A stretch of DNA of 64,000 bases from Opitutaceae bacterium (GTDB lineage: Bacteria > Verrucomicrobiota > Verrucomicrobiia > Opitutales > Coraliomargaritaceae): assembly GCA_051252375.1 (NCBI GenBank), contig JBPOFY010000003.1, positions 384,001 to 448,000 on the forward strand, written 5' to 3'. Each line of letters begins with the position of its first letter. The first letter of the stretch is position 1. Shown here one piece after another: positions 8,086 through 17,485 of the stretch. The position numbers and the translations under genes are program-made. The notes under the pieces were generated by a model. It ran no database searches and was not told the origin of the DNA. It worked only from the letters and a program-made list of their open reading frames with translations.

Positions 8086-9900
8086 ATGAAGAGACTTGAA
8101 TTTATATCAGCACTCGTGGTGTTGCTGGCACTTCCTTTGATGACGATGGCTCAGAGCCGACCTAATATTCTCTGGCTGACGAGTGAAGACAACAGCACTG
8201 AATGGGTCGGATGTTACGGTAATCCACATGCGCAGACTCCGAATCTCGACCAGTTGGCTAAGGACGGGTTTCAATATATGCATGCATACGCCAATGCGCC
8301 GGTTTGTGCACCTTCTCGCAGCACTTGGATCACTGGAATGCTCTCGATCTCCAATGGCACTTTTCCCATGCGTAGTCGGTATGAGATTCCTCATGATCGC
8401 ATCCAATACTATCCGGATCACTTAAAAGCCAATGGCTACTTCGTCGGGAACGACGCGAAGACTGATTACAATATTGGTGGGCGTGATGACAGTGATTGCT
8501 GGGACAATGCGAAAAAAGTTGATTGGGACGTGCTGGAAAATAATCAGCCGTTTTTTCAGGTTATAAACTTTAAGAATTCTCACGAGAGTAGAGCGCAAGG
8601 CGATGTGAACAATACGGAGCATGATCCGTCCGATACTCAGCTACGTGCGTATCATCCGGATCTTCCCGACATTCGGAAGAATTATGCCAAATATCACGAT
8701 GCCATGAAGAAAATGGATTCTGAAATCGGGGACTCACTTCTTAAATTGAAAGAAATGGGCTTAGGCGAGAATACCATTGTGATTTATAACTCCGACCACG
8801 GCGGGGTGTTGCCACGGAGTAAGCGTTATCTTTTTCAGAGCGGTCTGCACTGCCCATTGATTCTAAGAATCCCCGAAGCCTATAAGGACCTTTGGCCTGC
8901 TTCGACAACCGGTTCGAAAATCGAGCGTTTGGTTAGTTATGTGGATATGCCAATCACATGGCTGAGCCTGACCGGTAGTCAGGTCCCTGAAGTGATGCAG
9001 GGCACGATCTTTCTTGGACCACAAACTGAACCCGAACAGGCATTTCATTTTGCCTTTCGTGGGCGCATGGATGAGCGAGTCGAGAACGCTCGAGCGATCT
9101 GCAATAAGCGCTACCTCTACATCCGCAATTATATGCCTTATGTGCCATGGGTTCAGCACCTCGAATTTCTCTGGAAAATGAAAGCCACGCAGGCGTGGGA
9201 AGCGCATGTCACTTCGGGGAAGGCCTCGGAGGCGCAGGCGCGTTTCTTTAAACCGAAGGTTTGGACGGAAGAGTTGTATGACATGCAAAATGATCCGGAT
9301 AACCTTAATAACTTGATAGCAAATCCGGAGGTTCAGGAAACAGCAGCTTCGCTGCGTGCAGCGCTGCGCGAACAGCAAATACAGTTCTACGATGCCGGAC
9401 TCATTCCCGAATCTGAAATGGTTAAGCGTGCCGCTGATCAACAACTTACAATTTATGATTACGTGCGTGATTCCAAGTTATACGATGTGCCTGCGCTCTT
9501 AGATGCTGCCGACCTAGCGCTGGAGCAGAGCCCTGGAAATCTAACTGCGCTACAGGAACTCTTAGGCAGTTCAGATGCTGGGGTCCGCTATTGGGCGGTC
9601 GTAGGTTGTTTTCTTTTAAAAGATTCTACACATGCGTTGAAATACTTGAATGATGAATCGCATGAGGTTCGTGTGATGGCTGCTTGGACGTTGGTTAAAT
9701 CTGATAATAAGGAAGCTGGTTTCCAATGCCTGCAGAGTTTGTTGGAACAGAATTCCTATGCTTCGCTGACTATCTTGAACATAGTTGACTGGATGGATGA
9801 GGATGGCAGAAAGCTGATGCCGGCCGTGCGGGTATTTCCTGCAAAAGAAAAATCCTATGAAGAAAGGATGAAGAATTATCTCCTTAAAAAATTCAATTAA
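8086..9900 (+). CDS. Secreted Cys-type sulfatase with C-terminal HEAT-like repeats
   Basis: Signal peptide, PNILW, CAPSR, SDHG; C-terminal SDAGVRYWA / ESHEVRVMAA repeats. Confidence 0.9.
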   Translation: MKRLEFISALVVLLALPLMTMAQSRPNILWLTSEDNSTEWVGCYGNPHAQTPNLDQLAKDGFQYMHAYANAPVCAPSRSTWITGMLSISNGTFPMRSRYEIPHDRIQYYPDHLKANGYFVGNDAKTDYNIGGRDDSDCWDNAKKVDWDVLENNQPFFQVINFKNSHESRAQGDVNNTEHDPSDTQLRAYHPDLPDIRKNYAKYHDAMKKMDSEIGDSLLKLKEMGLGENTIVIYNSDHGGVLPRSKRYLFQSGLHCPLILRIPEAYKDLWPASTTGSKIERLVSYVDMPITWLSLTGSQVPEVMQGTIFLGPQTEPEQAFHFAFRGRMDERVENARAICNKRYLYIRNYMPYVPWVQHLEFLWKMKATQAWEAHVTSGKASEAQARFFKPKVWTEELYDMQNDPDNLNNLIANPEVQETAASLRAALREQQIQFYDAGLIPESEMVKRAADQQLTIYDYVRDSKLYDVPALLDAADLALEQSPGNLTALQELLGSSDAGVRYWAVVGCFLLKDSTHALKYLNDESHEVRVMAAWTLVKSDNKEAGFQCLQSLLEQNSYASLTILNIVDWMDEDGRKLMPAVRVFPAKEKSYEERMKNYLLKKFN

Positions 9901-9904
9901 AGCG

Positions 9905-12613
9905 ATGCGTCTACCCCTATTTTATTTTCTATCCCTAGTGTCTTGTTCGCTTGGTCTTTCATTGTCGGCTGAAATTGAAGCACCCGTTGAGTTAGTGATT
10001 AATGAAGGCTTTGAGACCCCAATTGGTTTTTACGATTCGGAACCGCGCTTTTCCTGGAAATTGAAGGGGGAGTCGCAAGGATTGAGGCAACAAGCTTATG
10101 AGGTGCTTGTTACCTCTGCCGACGGCAACAAGCTGTGGGGTAGTGGACGTGTCGATTCAGATCAATCGATCGATGTTCCCTACGCTGGGCGTCCTTTAAA
10201 GTCCCGTGAAGTGGCGCAGTGGCGTGTTCGTTTTTGGGATCAGTCGGGCAACGCATCAGCATGGTCTGATTGGGCGCGAATTGAATTAGGTCTATTGAAT
10301 AACTCGGATTGGTCGGGGCAATGGATTCATCAAATACCAAAAACTGCAGATGCAATCGAAGAGAGCTTTGGACAGGTTGTTTACTTCCGAAAGACATTCA
10401 ATGCGGATGCGCGCACTAAAACGGGGCGGCTCTATATTACATCCAAAGGCATTTTTGAAATATCAATCAATGGGCAGAAAGTCGGGCGCGACGTCTTTGT
10501 TCCCGGCTTTACCGATTACCATAAGCGGATCGAGACACTGACATATGATGTGACTGAGTTGGTGCGTGCCGGCGAAAATGTGATCACCGCGCAAGTCGCG
10601 AATGGTTGGTATGCTGGTCGCTTGATGTGGAATAAGAAGAAGCATTTTTGGGGGCAACATCCGGAACTACTTGTGCAGCTCGAATTGGAAGATGAGATGG
10701 ATCAACTTGTGACGGTCGTCAGTGATGAGACATGGCTCTATACTATAGATGGCCCCATCGTGATGGCTGACATCTATAATGGTGAGGATTATGATGCGCG
10801 ACTTGAGCTGCGTGATTCTGATGAGAAGAAAATGAAGTTGGTTGCGGTCAGCCCCGTTGAAGCGATGCCGCTGCTGATGCCTAAGCGCTTTGCGCCATCA
10901 CGAGTGACGCGAACGTTGCAGTCTGTAAGCGTCTCACGCATTTCGGAGCAGAGTGTAATTTTTGACTTAGGGCAGAACATGGTTGGTTGGCCAGAGATTC
11001 ATCTGCCGGTCATTGCTGGGCAAACGATTCAGATTCGAGTCGCTGAAATGCTGCAAGCAGATGGATCCATTTACACGGAGAACTACCGCTCTGCGCGCTC
11101 AATGGCGAACTATACTCCGGCTAAAACAGGCGTCATTCAATGGAAGCCGACTTTCTCCTTCTTTGGCTTTCGCTATGTCGAAGTGACTGGTTTTGATCCA
11201 AAAGCAGCGCCGACGCTTGATTGGGTTCGTGGGCATGTGGTGCATACAGACTTTAAGCAAGTGGGGGAGTTTACATCTTCACATGCGAAGCTGAATCAGC
11301 TGCAGCAAAATATACAGTGGGGGCAGATTGGTAACTTTCTAGATATTCCAACTGATTGTCCGCAGCGTGATGAGCGATTGGGTTGGACTGGTGATGCTCA
11401 GGTATTTGCTGCGACGTCGTTATTTAATTTCGACACACATGCATTCTGGGCATCATGGCTTCAGTCGGTGCGTGAGAATCAACAACCCAATGGTGCGGTT
11501 TCAAATTTTGTGCCCGCTCCCCCGGGGCATGCCAAGGGCACATCACCAGGATGGGGGGATTGTGCCTTTATCATTCCATGGGAGTTGTATGTGCGGACAG
11601 GCGACATTGAGGTCCTACGTGAGAATTATGAAATGATGTGTAAGCGAGTCCAGTGGTATGCGAATGCGAGCAAAGATGGGCTGGTTGAATTTAAGGGTTT
11701 TGGTGACTGGTTGCAGCCCATCCTCGTAGGCAAAGCGATGAGAGGGGATACCTCGATGCAATTGATTTCGACTGCTTTCTATGGCTACGGCGCATCACTG
11801 TGTGCTAAAGCTGCAGCAGTGTTGGGCAAGCCGGAGGATGTGCTCAAATACGAAGCATTGTTTGATGAGTTGCGCACGGCGGCATCGGCACACTTTTTAG
11901 ATGATAGCGGTAAGCTGACCACCGCAGTGGAAACGCAGACAGGCTACTTATTGCTCTTGGGCTTTGATTTGGTGCCAAGTCAGCGACGGAGTGAAGTCGC
12001 GGCGCAATTGTCAGCCAGAATTAAAGCAGATGGGAATCGTCTCAATACAGGTTTTCTCGGCACTCCGTTGATCAATCGCGTGTTGGATGACTCGGGTCAT
12101 TTAGAGCAAGCAATTGCCGTTCTCTTTACGAATGAATATCCATCTTGGTTTTACTCCATCGATCAAGGCGCCACGACAATGTGGGAGCGTTGGAATAGCT
12201 ATAGCCATGCAAACGGTTTTGGTAATAAGTCGATGAACTCCTTTAATCACTATGCATATGGTGCGGTGGGGCAATGGATGTATGAGCGACTTGCCGGTCT
12301 GGCGCCTGACCCGAAGCACCCCGGCTATAAGCATATGATTCTACGACCGATTTTAAATGGTCCACTGACCTCTGCTAGTGTGAGCATTGATACGCGCTAT
12401 GGTCGAGCATCCAGCGCTTGGCAAAAAACAGGAGACACTTATGTGCTCGATATCTTGATACCGGCAAACACGACAGGCACGCTCTATTTGCCAGATTACG
12501 TAGAAATCCTTTCGGGGGTGGAGCCGACTGAAACGGAAACTGATGGCAGCTCTCGAGTAGAGCTCCATTCCGGCCCATTTTCCTTGAAACTACGTGACCG
12601 ACCAGCGCTTTAA
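9905..12613 (+). CDS. GH78 alpha-L-rhamnosidase
   Basis: DLGQNMVG, PTDCPQRDERLGWTGD, GATTMWERW, MNSFNHYAYG; signal peptide. Confidence 0.93.
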   Translation: MRLPLFYFLSLVSCSLGLSLSAEIEAPVELVINEGFETPIGFYDSEPRFSWKLKGESQGLRQQAYEVLVTSADGNKLWGSGRVDSDQSIDVPYAGRPLKSREVAQWRVRFWDQSGNASAWSDWARIELGLLNNSDWSGQWIHQIPKTADAIEESFGQVVYFRKTFNADARTKTGRLYITSKGIFEISINGQKVGRDVFVPGFTDYHKRIETLTYDVTELVRAGENVITAQVANGWYAGRLMWNKKKHFWGQHPELLVQLELEDEMDQLVTVVSDETWLYTIDGPIVMADIYNGEDYDARLELRDSDEKKMKLVAVSPVEAMPLLMPKRFAPSRVTRTLQSVSVSRISEQSVIFDLGQNMVGWPEIHLPVIAGQTIQIRVAEMLQADGSIYTENYRSARSMANYTPAKTGVIQWKPTFSFFGFRYVEVTGFDPKAAPTLDWVRGHVVHTDFKQVGEFTSSHAKLNQLQQNIQWGQIGNFLDIPTDCPQRDERLGWTGDAQVFAATSLFNFDTHAFWASWLQSVRENQQPNGAVSNFVPAPPGHAKGTSPGWGDCAFIIPWELYVRTGDIEVLRENYEMMCKRVQWYANASKDGLVEFKGFGDWLQPILVGKAMRGDTSMQLISTAFYGYGASLCAKAAAVLGKPEDVLKYEALFDELRTAASAHFLDDSGKLTTAVETQTGYLLLLGFDLVPSQRRSEVAAQLSARIKADGNRLNTGFLGTPLINRVLDDSGHLEQAIAVLFTNEYPSWFYSIDQGATTMWERWNSYSHANGFGNKSMNSFNHYAYGAVGQWMYERLAGLAPDPKHPGYKHMILRPILNGPLTSASVSIDTRYGRASSAWQKTGDTYVLDILIPANTTGTLYLPDYVEILSGVEPTETETDGSSRVELHSGPFSLKLRDRPAL

Positions 12614-12854
12614 ATGCCATAGAATTACCATCAAACGGGATCTGACAATTGGCTGGTTACATCGATCTCGGCTTGGCCGCTAGATATCAGTTACAATCGG
12701 GGCACAATATACTGCATAAATGCTACTTTTTTTGTAAGATTCTGGGAAAATAGGTGTTAATAATGTCAAACACTACTATATTGCCTATTTTATACGCTAT
12801 CACTCTGCGAAAACTGTCCGTCATAAGTCTCTCATTTCGCGATTATAAAACCCT

Positions 12855-15800
12855 ATGTATACTTTTTTAGCTGGTCGAGGAACACGCTCGAATAAAAACC
12901 AAGGTTTTGCGCTCATCATTGCGCTGAGTCTCATGGCGTTTGTGTTGTTGCTGCTATTGAGCATAACGACGCTCGTCCAAGTAGAGACCCAAAGTGCAGA
13001 CACAGGTAAGCGAGCGATGGAGGCGCGAATGAATGCCCAATTGGGGCTACAAGTCGCATTTGGCGAAATTCAACGCACCTTGGGGCCCGATGCGCGCGTG
13101 TCGGCCAATGCATCGGTTTTGGATAGTGATCCGTCGACCGCAGAGATCGACGGTATTGAGCACTCACATTGGTTAGGCGTGTATCCAACGGTTAATCCTA
13201 CAGATGTTAATGACAGCCTACTGGATCCGAAAGCGCTGCGAGACTGGAGCCTTGCGCGGGTTCAATGGCTGATTTCAGGGCAAGACAAGACGAGCCTTGA
13301 TCCCACATTGGCGCTGACTTCTGACGCGGTGACGCTCGCTCAGTTTATCGACGATCCCACTATACAGATACCGGCACACGATCAAATGGGTAGCCTAGCT
13401 GCTACATCATTGAGTAAAGCTCAAGCCGAGCTCGTTGAGATTGATACAGGTGCGAGCACATCTGGCAATTATGCCTATTGGGTAGGGGATGAAAGTATGA
13501 AAGCGCGCGTCAACACGCAGGCTTCTGAATCAGGAGGTGATGTTCTGGGCGGGGTCGAGGTCAATACCGTTCAACAGCAGCAATCCAATTACCTCGTGAC
13601 ACAGGGCACCAATTTTTCCACATGGCTGCCTGGCTATGCAGACAGTTTGCCGAACCTAAATAAAGTCATCGCAGCGGGCGAACTAGAGTCACTTGCGAAC
13701 ATTTCAGGTGGCACCGCATGGGAGAACTGGAGTGTGTTGAATCAGGACAAATTTACGCCTTATTCATTCTCATTGCCGGTGGATGTCGTAAACGGTCGCC
13801 TGAAAAAAGACCTCACCGCATATTTTAAAGGCACCGATACTAGGCTTGATGGGGAATCCATAATCGATCCTCGTTTCACTGTGACTGCCGATCGGTTCCC
13901 GACTTTCGATCTACTCAAACAGTGGGCGACGATGGTGGACGACAACCAGACCGCTCAAGAAGTAGTGGCTCCTGACAACGACGCATCCAATCCGCAGCAT
14001 GGGCTTCACCCTGTAATCACTCAAGGAGCTGTGGCCATGAAGCTTAGCTACAAAATAATAGGGGATAAAACATTCAAACCAGTCTATATGTTCATGCCTC
14101 AAATCCAGCTGTTGAATCCGCACAATGTGCCGCTCGAGGCTCAAGATTACATTATTCAAGTCGGATTTCAGTTCAGATGGTGGATGCAAATGAATGTTCA
14201 GCCGTATCCCAAAGATCGAGGCACAGATGATGCAACCTGGTCAGGTGGCAACCCAGAGTTTCGCTCATGGACGGCAACCAATGGGCAAGAGCCACTACCA
14301 GTACACAAACCTGCTGCTAACGAGGACATTGATTATCAGGGCAATAAACGGTTTTTCACCTTTGTGATCAAAAACCAGGCTTTCGAGCCGGGAGAATCCC
14401 TCATTTTTTACGCCAAACCGCCATCATCTGGCGAACCTGCTGGGGTAGAGTATAATTTGAATTCAGATGCGGATACCGACATTCTGAACAACTACTCCAG
14501 CGACGAGGATCTCAACCTAATATGGAATGAAGGCGCTCTGGATGATTCCTTTTTTTACGTGGTCAGCCCGTCTGTAGGCACTCTTGTAAAAACTTATACG
14601 CCAATTCCAAATTTTAACGTTTCGATGAAATCAGAGTCCAATTTCCGATCAAGTATTACTGGCTCTGGTGCCAACTCAGATGAGGACCTCGAGATGCACG
14701 TCAATCTGTATGCATTCCTAGATAACGAGCCGTTGCTGCTTCACGCGATAAGAAAGGGGCAGAAGAACGAACGTTTCGGCAACTGGCAACGCCCGACATT
14801 TCCGCTAAGTTATTATCAGGCTGGTAATAAACCCGCTGACGACATCTCACCTAAATATGGAGGTAAAAACCCTCTGGTTAATTTGGGTTCATCGATGCTG
14901 GTCAGTAATTTTGACATCTTTGATGGAGGTTCAAATATGAACCTTCCACCAAATGCAGGGCAACCGCACGCGGTTCTCGCAAATTGGAACATCCGCAACC
15001 AAGAGAGCTTTTCAAAATCAGATGACTGGTCATCGGGATCTGTGGAAGCGTCGGCATGGTTGAGCACTTTTTCATTCCGCGAAGTTAAGGAATTCTTGGA
15101 GACATGGGAATACAGCGACAACCTTTACGGAAATCCCTCCACTGACCGACTTGGAGGTTGGCACCAGTCGCTTATCCAAGGCACTGTGTATCCTTTTTTC
15201 GATTACCCAACGAGTCCCTACGGACCAGTCTCTATGGGCAGCTTTCAACACGCAAATTTATCAGTCTATGGGTGGCAACCGACTTATGCATTTGGAAATG
15301 CCCAAGCGCCGGCGCGCTTTGACCGTAGTTTGACTAAGGATCCTTCAAATGCGGATTTGTATGATATTTCCTATCTGATGAACGCCTCGATTTGGGATAG
15401 TTGCTACCTGAGCACCGTTCCGCAGACTGGTGTCGCATTAGAAAGCGGCATGCGTCTCCCGAACAGTCGACAATATCTCACCAGCATCAACGGCGAAGGT
15501 CCTCTGGATCCGGCACAACTCACCAATACCAAGGGCTTTGATCTCTCCGCCGCCAGCATCATGGTTCATGGTGGATTTAATGTGAATTCCACCTCCCTCA
15601 CTGCATGGAAGGCATTCCTCTCGGGTGCACTTGGGCAGAGCGTGGAGACGACTCATAATACTGTGCCAAGTAATGTCGATACTGCTGCCGCCATGGGGCG
15701 TTTCTTTGTCCCTTTACTGGATGAACCATCCACTGTAGCCGCCGACAGAAGCCAAATCAATTTTAACGCTCCTAACAGTTGGGCAGCGACTCGAACATTA

Positions 15801-16499
15801 AGCGTTGATGAAATTGATATACTCGCAAAACGTATAGTGGAAGAGGTGAAACGCCGCGGTCCGTTTCTTTCGCTCGCTGATTTTGTTAACCGCCGACTGG
15901 AGCCAGATACCAATGTCGTCGGCGACGAACGTGTCTACCAAGAAGTCTTGGGCACCCTGCAAGCGGCGATCAACAAGGTGACGCTAAAAGACCAGGGAAT
16001 TAACTACCATTACTACAATAATCAAACCGGAGGTGGGACGATCATGTCCATCAAGCCCACCCAAGACTGGAACTCGATGGGTTTCAATGTCTCGACCGAG
16101 GCTCAAGAATCGATGTTTGGAGCACCCTCGAGCGAAATCGCTAGTCAGGGTGGTCTCATCCACAGTTACTCTCCCAACTTCCTCTCGCAGGCCGATGTGC
16201 TGACCAAGATTGGACCGAGCCTCACTGTTCGAGGTGATACTTATGTCATCCGCTCGTATGGTGATTCTAGGAATCGTGTTACAGATAAGGTGATCGCCAA
16301 AGCATGGTGCGAGGCTGTCGTGCAACGTGTGGCAGAGCCTGTCGATTGGGACGGTAGCGAAGCTCAGTTGATACAGACTCAAGCGCTCGATGACGTCAGT
16401 CAGGCAGACTTTGGTCGAAGCTTTAAACTGGTTAGCTTCCGTTGGCTGACTGAAGCCGAAGTGATGCCCTATGCCGATGATGCTGCGATTATCAACTAA
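12855..16499 (+). CDS. Giant PilX/GspK-type prepilin-like protein, Verru_Chthon cassette protein A-like
   Basis: Class III-like leader NKNQG|FALIIALSLM; YAYWVGDESMKARVN; FNVNSTS; RRGPFLSLADFVNR; C-terminal RGDTYVIRSYG...CEAVVQR...GRSFKLVSFRWL. Confidence 0.75.
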   Translation: MYTFLAGRGTRSNKNQGFALIIALSLMAFVLLLLLSITTLVQVETQSADTGKRAMEARMNAQLGLQVAFGEIQRTLGPDARVSANASVLDSDPSTAEIDGIEHSHWLGVYPTVNPTDVNDSLLDPKALRDWSLARVQWLISGQDKTSLDPTLALTSDAVTLAQFIDDPTIQIPAHDQMGSLAATSLSKAQAELVEIDTGASTSGNYAYWVGDESMKARVNTQASESGGDVLGGVEVNTVQQQQSNYLVTQGTNFSTWLPGYADSLPNLNKVIAAGELESLANISGGTAWENWSVLNQDKFTPYSFSLPVDVVNGRLKKDLTAYFKGTDTRLDGESIIDPRFTVTADRFPTFDLLKQWATMVDDNQTAQEVVAPDNDASNPQHGLHPVITQGAVAMKLSYKIIGDKTFKPVYMFMPQIQLLNPHNVPLEAQDYIIQVGFQFRWWMQMNVQPYPKDRGTDDATWSGGNPEFRSWTATNGQEPLPVHKPAANEDIDYQGNKRFFTFVIKNQAFEPGESLIFYAKPPSSGEPAGVEYNLNSDADTDILNNYSSDEDLNLIWNEGALDDSFFYVVSPSVGTLVKTYTPIPNFNVSMKSESNFRSSITGSGANSDEDLEMHVNLYAFLDNEPLLLHAIRKGQKNERFGNWQRPTFPLSYYQAGNKPADDISPKYGGKNPLVNLGSSMLVSNFDIFDGGSNMNLPPNAGQPHAVLANWNIRNQESFSKSDDWSSGSVEASAWLSTFSFREVKEFLETWEYSDNLYGNPSTDRLGGWHQSLIQGTVYPFFDYPTSPYGPVSMGSFQHANLSVYGWQPTYAFGNAQAPARFDRSLTKDPSNADLYDISYLMNASIWDSCYLSTVPQTGVALESGMRLPNSRQYLTSINGEGPLDPAQLTNTKGFDLSAASIMVHGGFNVNSTSLTAWKAFLSGALGQSVETTHNTVPSNVDTAAAMGRFFVPLLDEPSTVAADRSQINFNAPNSWAATRTLSVDEIDILAKRIVEEVKRRGPFLSLADFVNRRLEPDTNVVGDERVYQEVLGTLQAAINKVTLKDQGINYHYYNNQTGGGTIMSIKPTQDWNSMGFNVSTEAQESMFGAPSSEIASQGGLIHSYSPNFLSQADVLTKIGPSLTVRGDTYVIRSYGDSRNRVTDKVIAKAWCEAVVQRVAEPVDWDGSEAQLIQTQALDDVSQADFGRSFKLVSFRWLTEAEVMPYADDAAIIN

Positions 16500-16583
16500 C
16501 TGACAACGATCAGCTCTTAGCTAGATTACCTACTATTCCAAAAGACTCTTCTCTATCGGCACACTCCTCACACTTTACATTTA

Positions 16584-17315
16584 ATGTTAAAACAAAACTT
16601 CATCGTTCTATTCATCACCTGCCTGTCATTGATTCAGATTTCCGCGCAGGATCAAGAGCGACAGGATGAGCTCTACGATCTGCCACCCGCGCAGGAAGGC
16701 GACCTTCTGTGTCGCTGCGTCAGCACCTTTTTGCCACAGGAAGCAGAGACCTTCTATTTCAAAATAGGCGGCAAATACCACGAGGTTGCCTTGGCTGGCG
16801 AGGGCATTTCGATGACATTTCCGGTGCGTAAAACCAACATCTTTACGCTCTATTCTAAAGGCGTATCTGATGAAGGTAATGTCATTTATATACCTGTTGT
16901 TGAGCAAGTGCTCAATGGAGCGGGTCTAGACCACCTCATCATACTCGGTCGCACTGCAAATTCAAAGACACTGCAGTCCGCAGCTTACAACCTTCACACC
17001 GATAACTTCCCTGCAAATGCGCTCCATTTATTCAATCAGACTCCATTGAGCTTGGGCGTGCAGGTCGATAAGGTCAATTCGTGGGTTGAGCCACTCTCAT
17101 TATACACGCACAAATTCAAAAACGTAGATCGTAACACATACACCTCCGCAAAAATTGCCATTGCCTACAAAGGTGAAGCAAAAATTATGTCGAGTAAGCG
17201 ACTACGGCTTTTGCCGGGGCGTCGTGTTATCATGATCTGTTTCCCGAGTAAGGCTAGGGCCGACATGGGAGCGACTCCATTGCGAGTTCTTACTCTAGAG
17301 GACATGCCTAAGTAA
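16584..17315 (+). CDS. Hypothetical secreted protein, probably co-transcribed with the pilin-like gene
   Basis: 243-aa ORF with signal peptide and beta-rich sequence, 84 bp downstream on the same strand. Confidence 0.7.
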   Translation: MLKQNFIVLFITCLSLIQISAQDQERQDELYDLPPAQEGDLLCRCVSTFLPQEAETFYFKIGGKYHEVALAGEGISMTFPVRKTNIFTLYSKGVSDEGNVIYIPVVEQVLNGAGLDHLIILGRTANSKTLQSAAYNLHTDNFPANALHLFNQTPLSLGVQVDKVNSWVEPLSLYTHKFKNVDRNTYTSAKIAIAYKGEAKIMSSKRLRLLPGRRVIMICFPSKARADMGATPLRVLTLEDMPK

Positions 17316-17485
17316 CATTTCGACCACCTCCCTTCGACTTTGCTCAGGATGTAACACGGGGCAGACAGGATTAGATTGGGAGATTCCAATATCTATAGTC
17401 GTGCGTTACGAGGTCAGTCTTCGGACACCATAAAAGCGATTTATATGATGGGGTGATGCTTCCAAAATGGAGCAGTGCTGGACGA

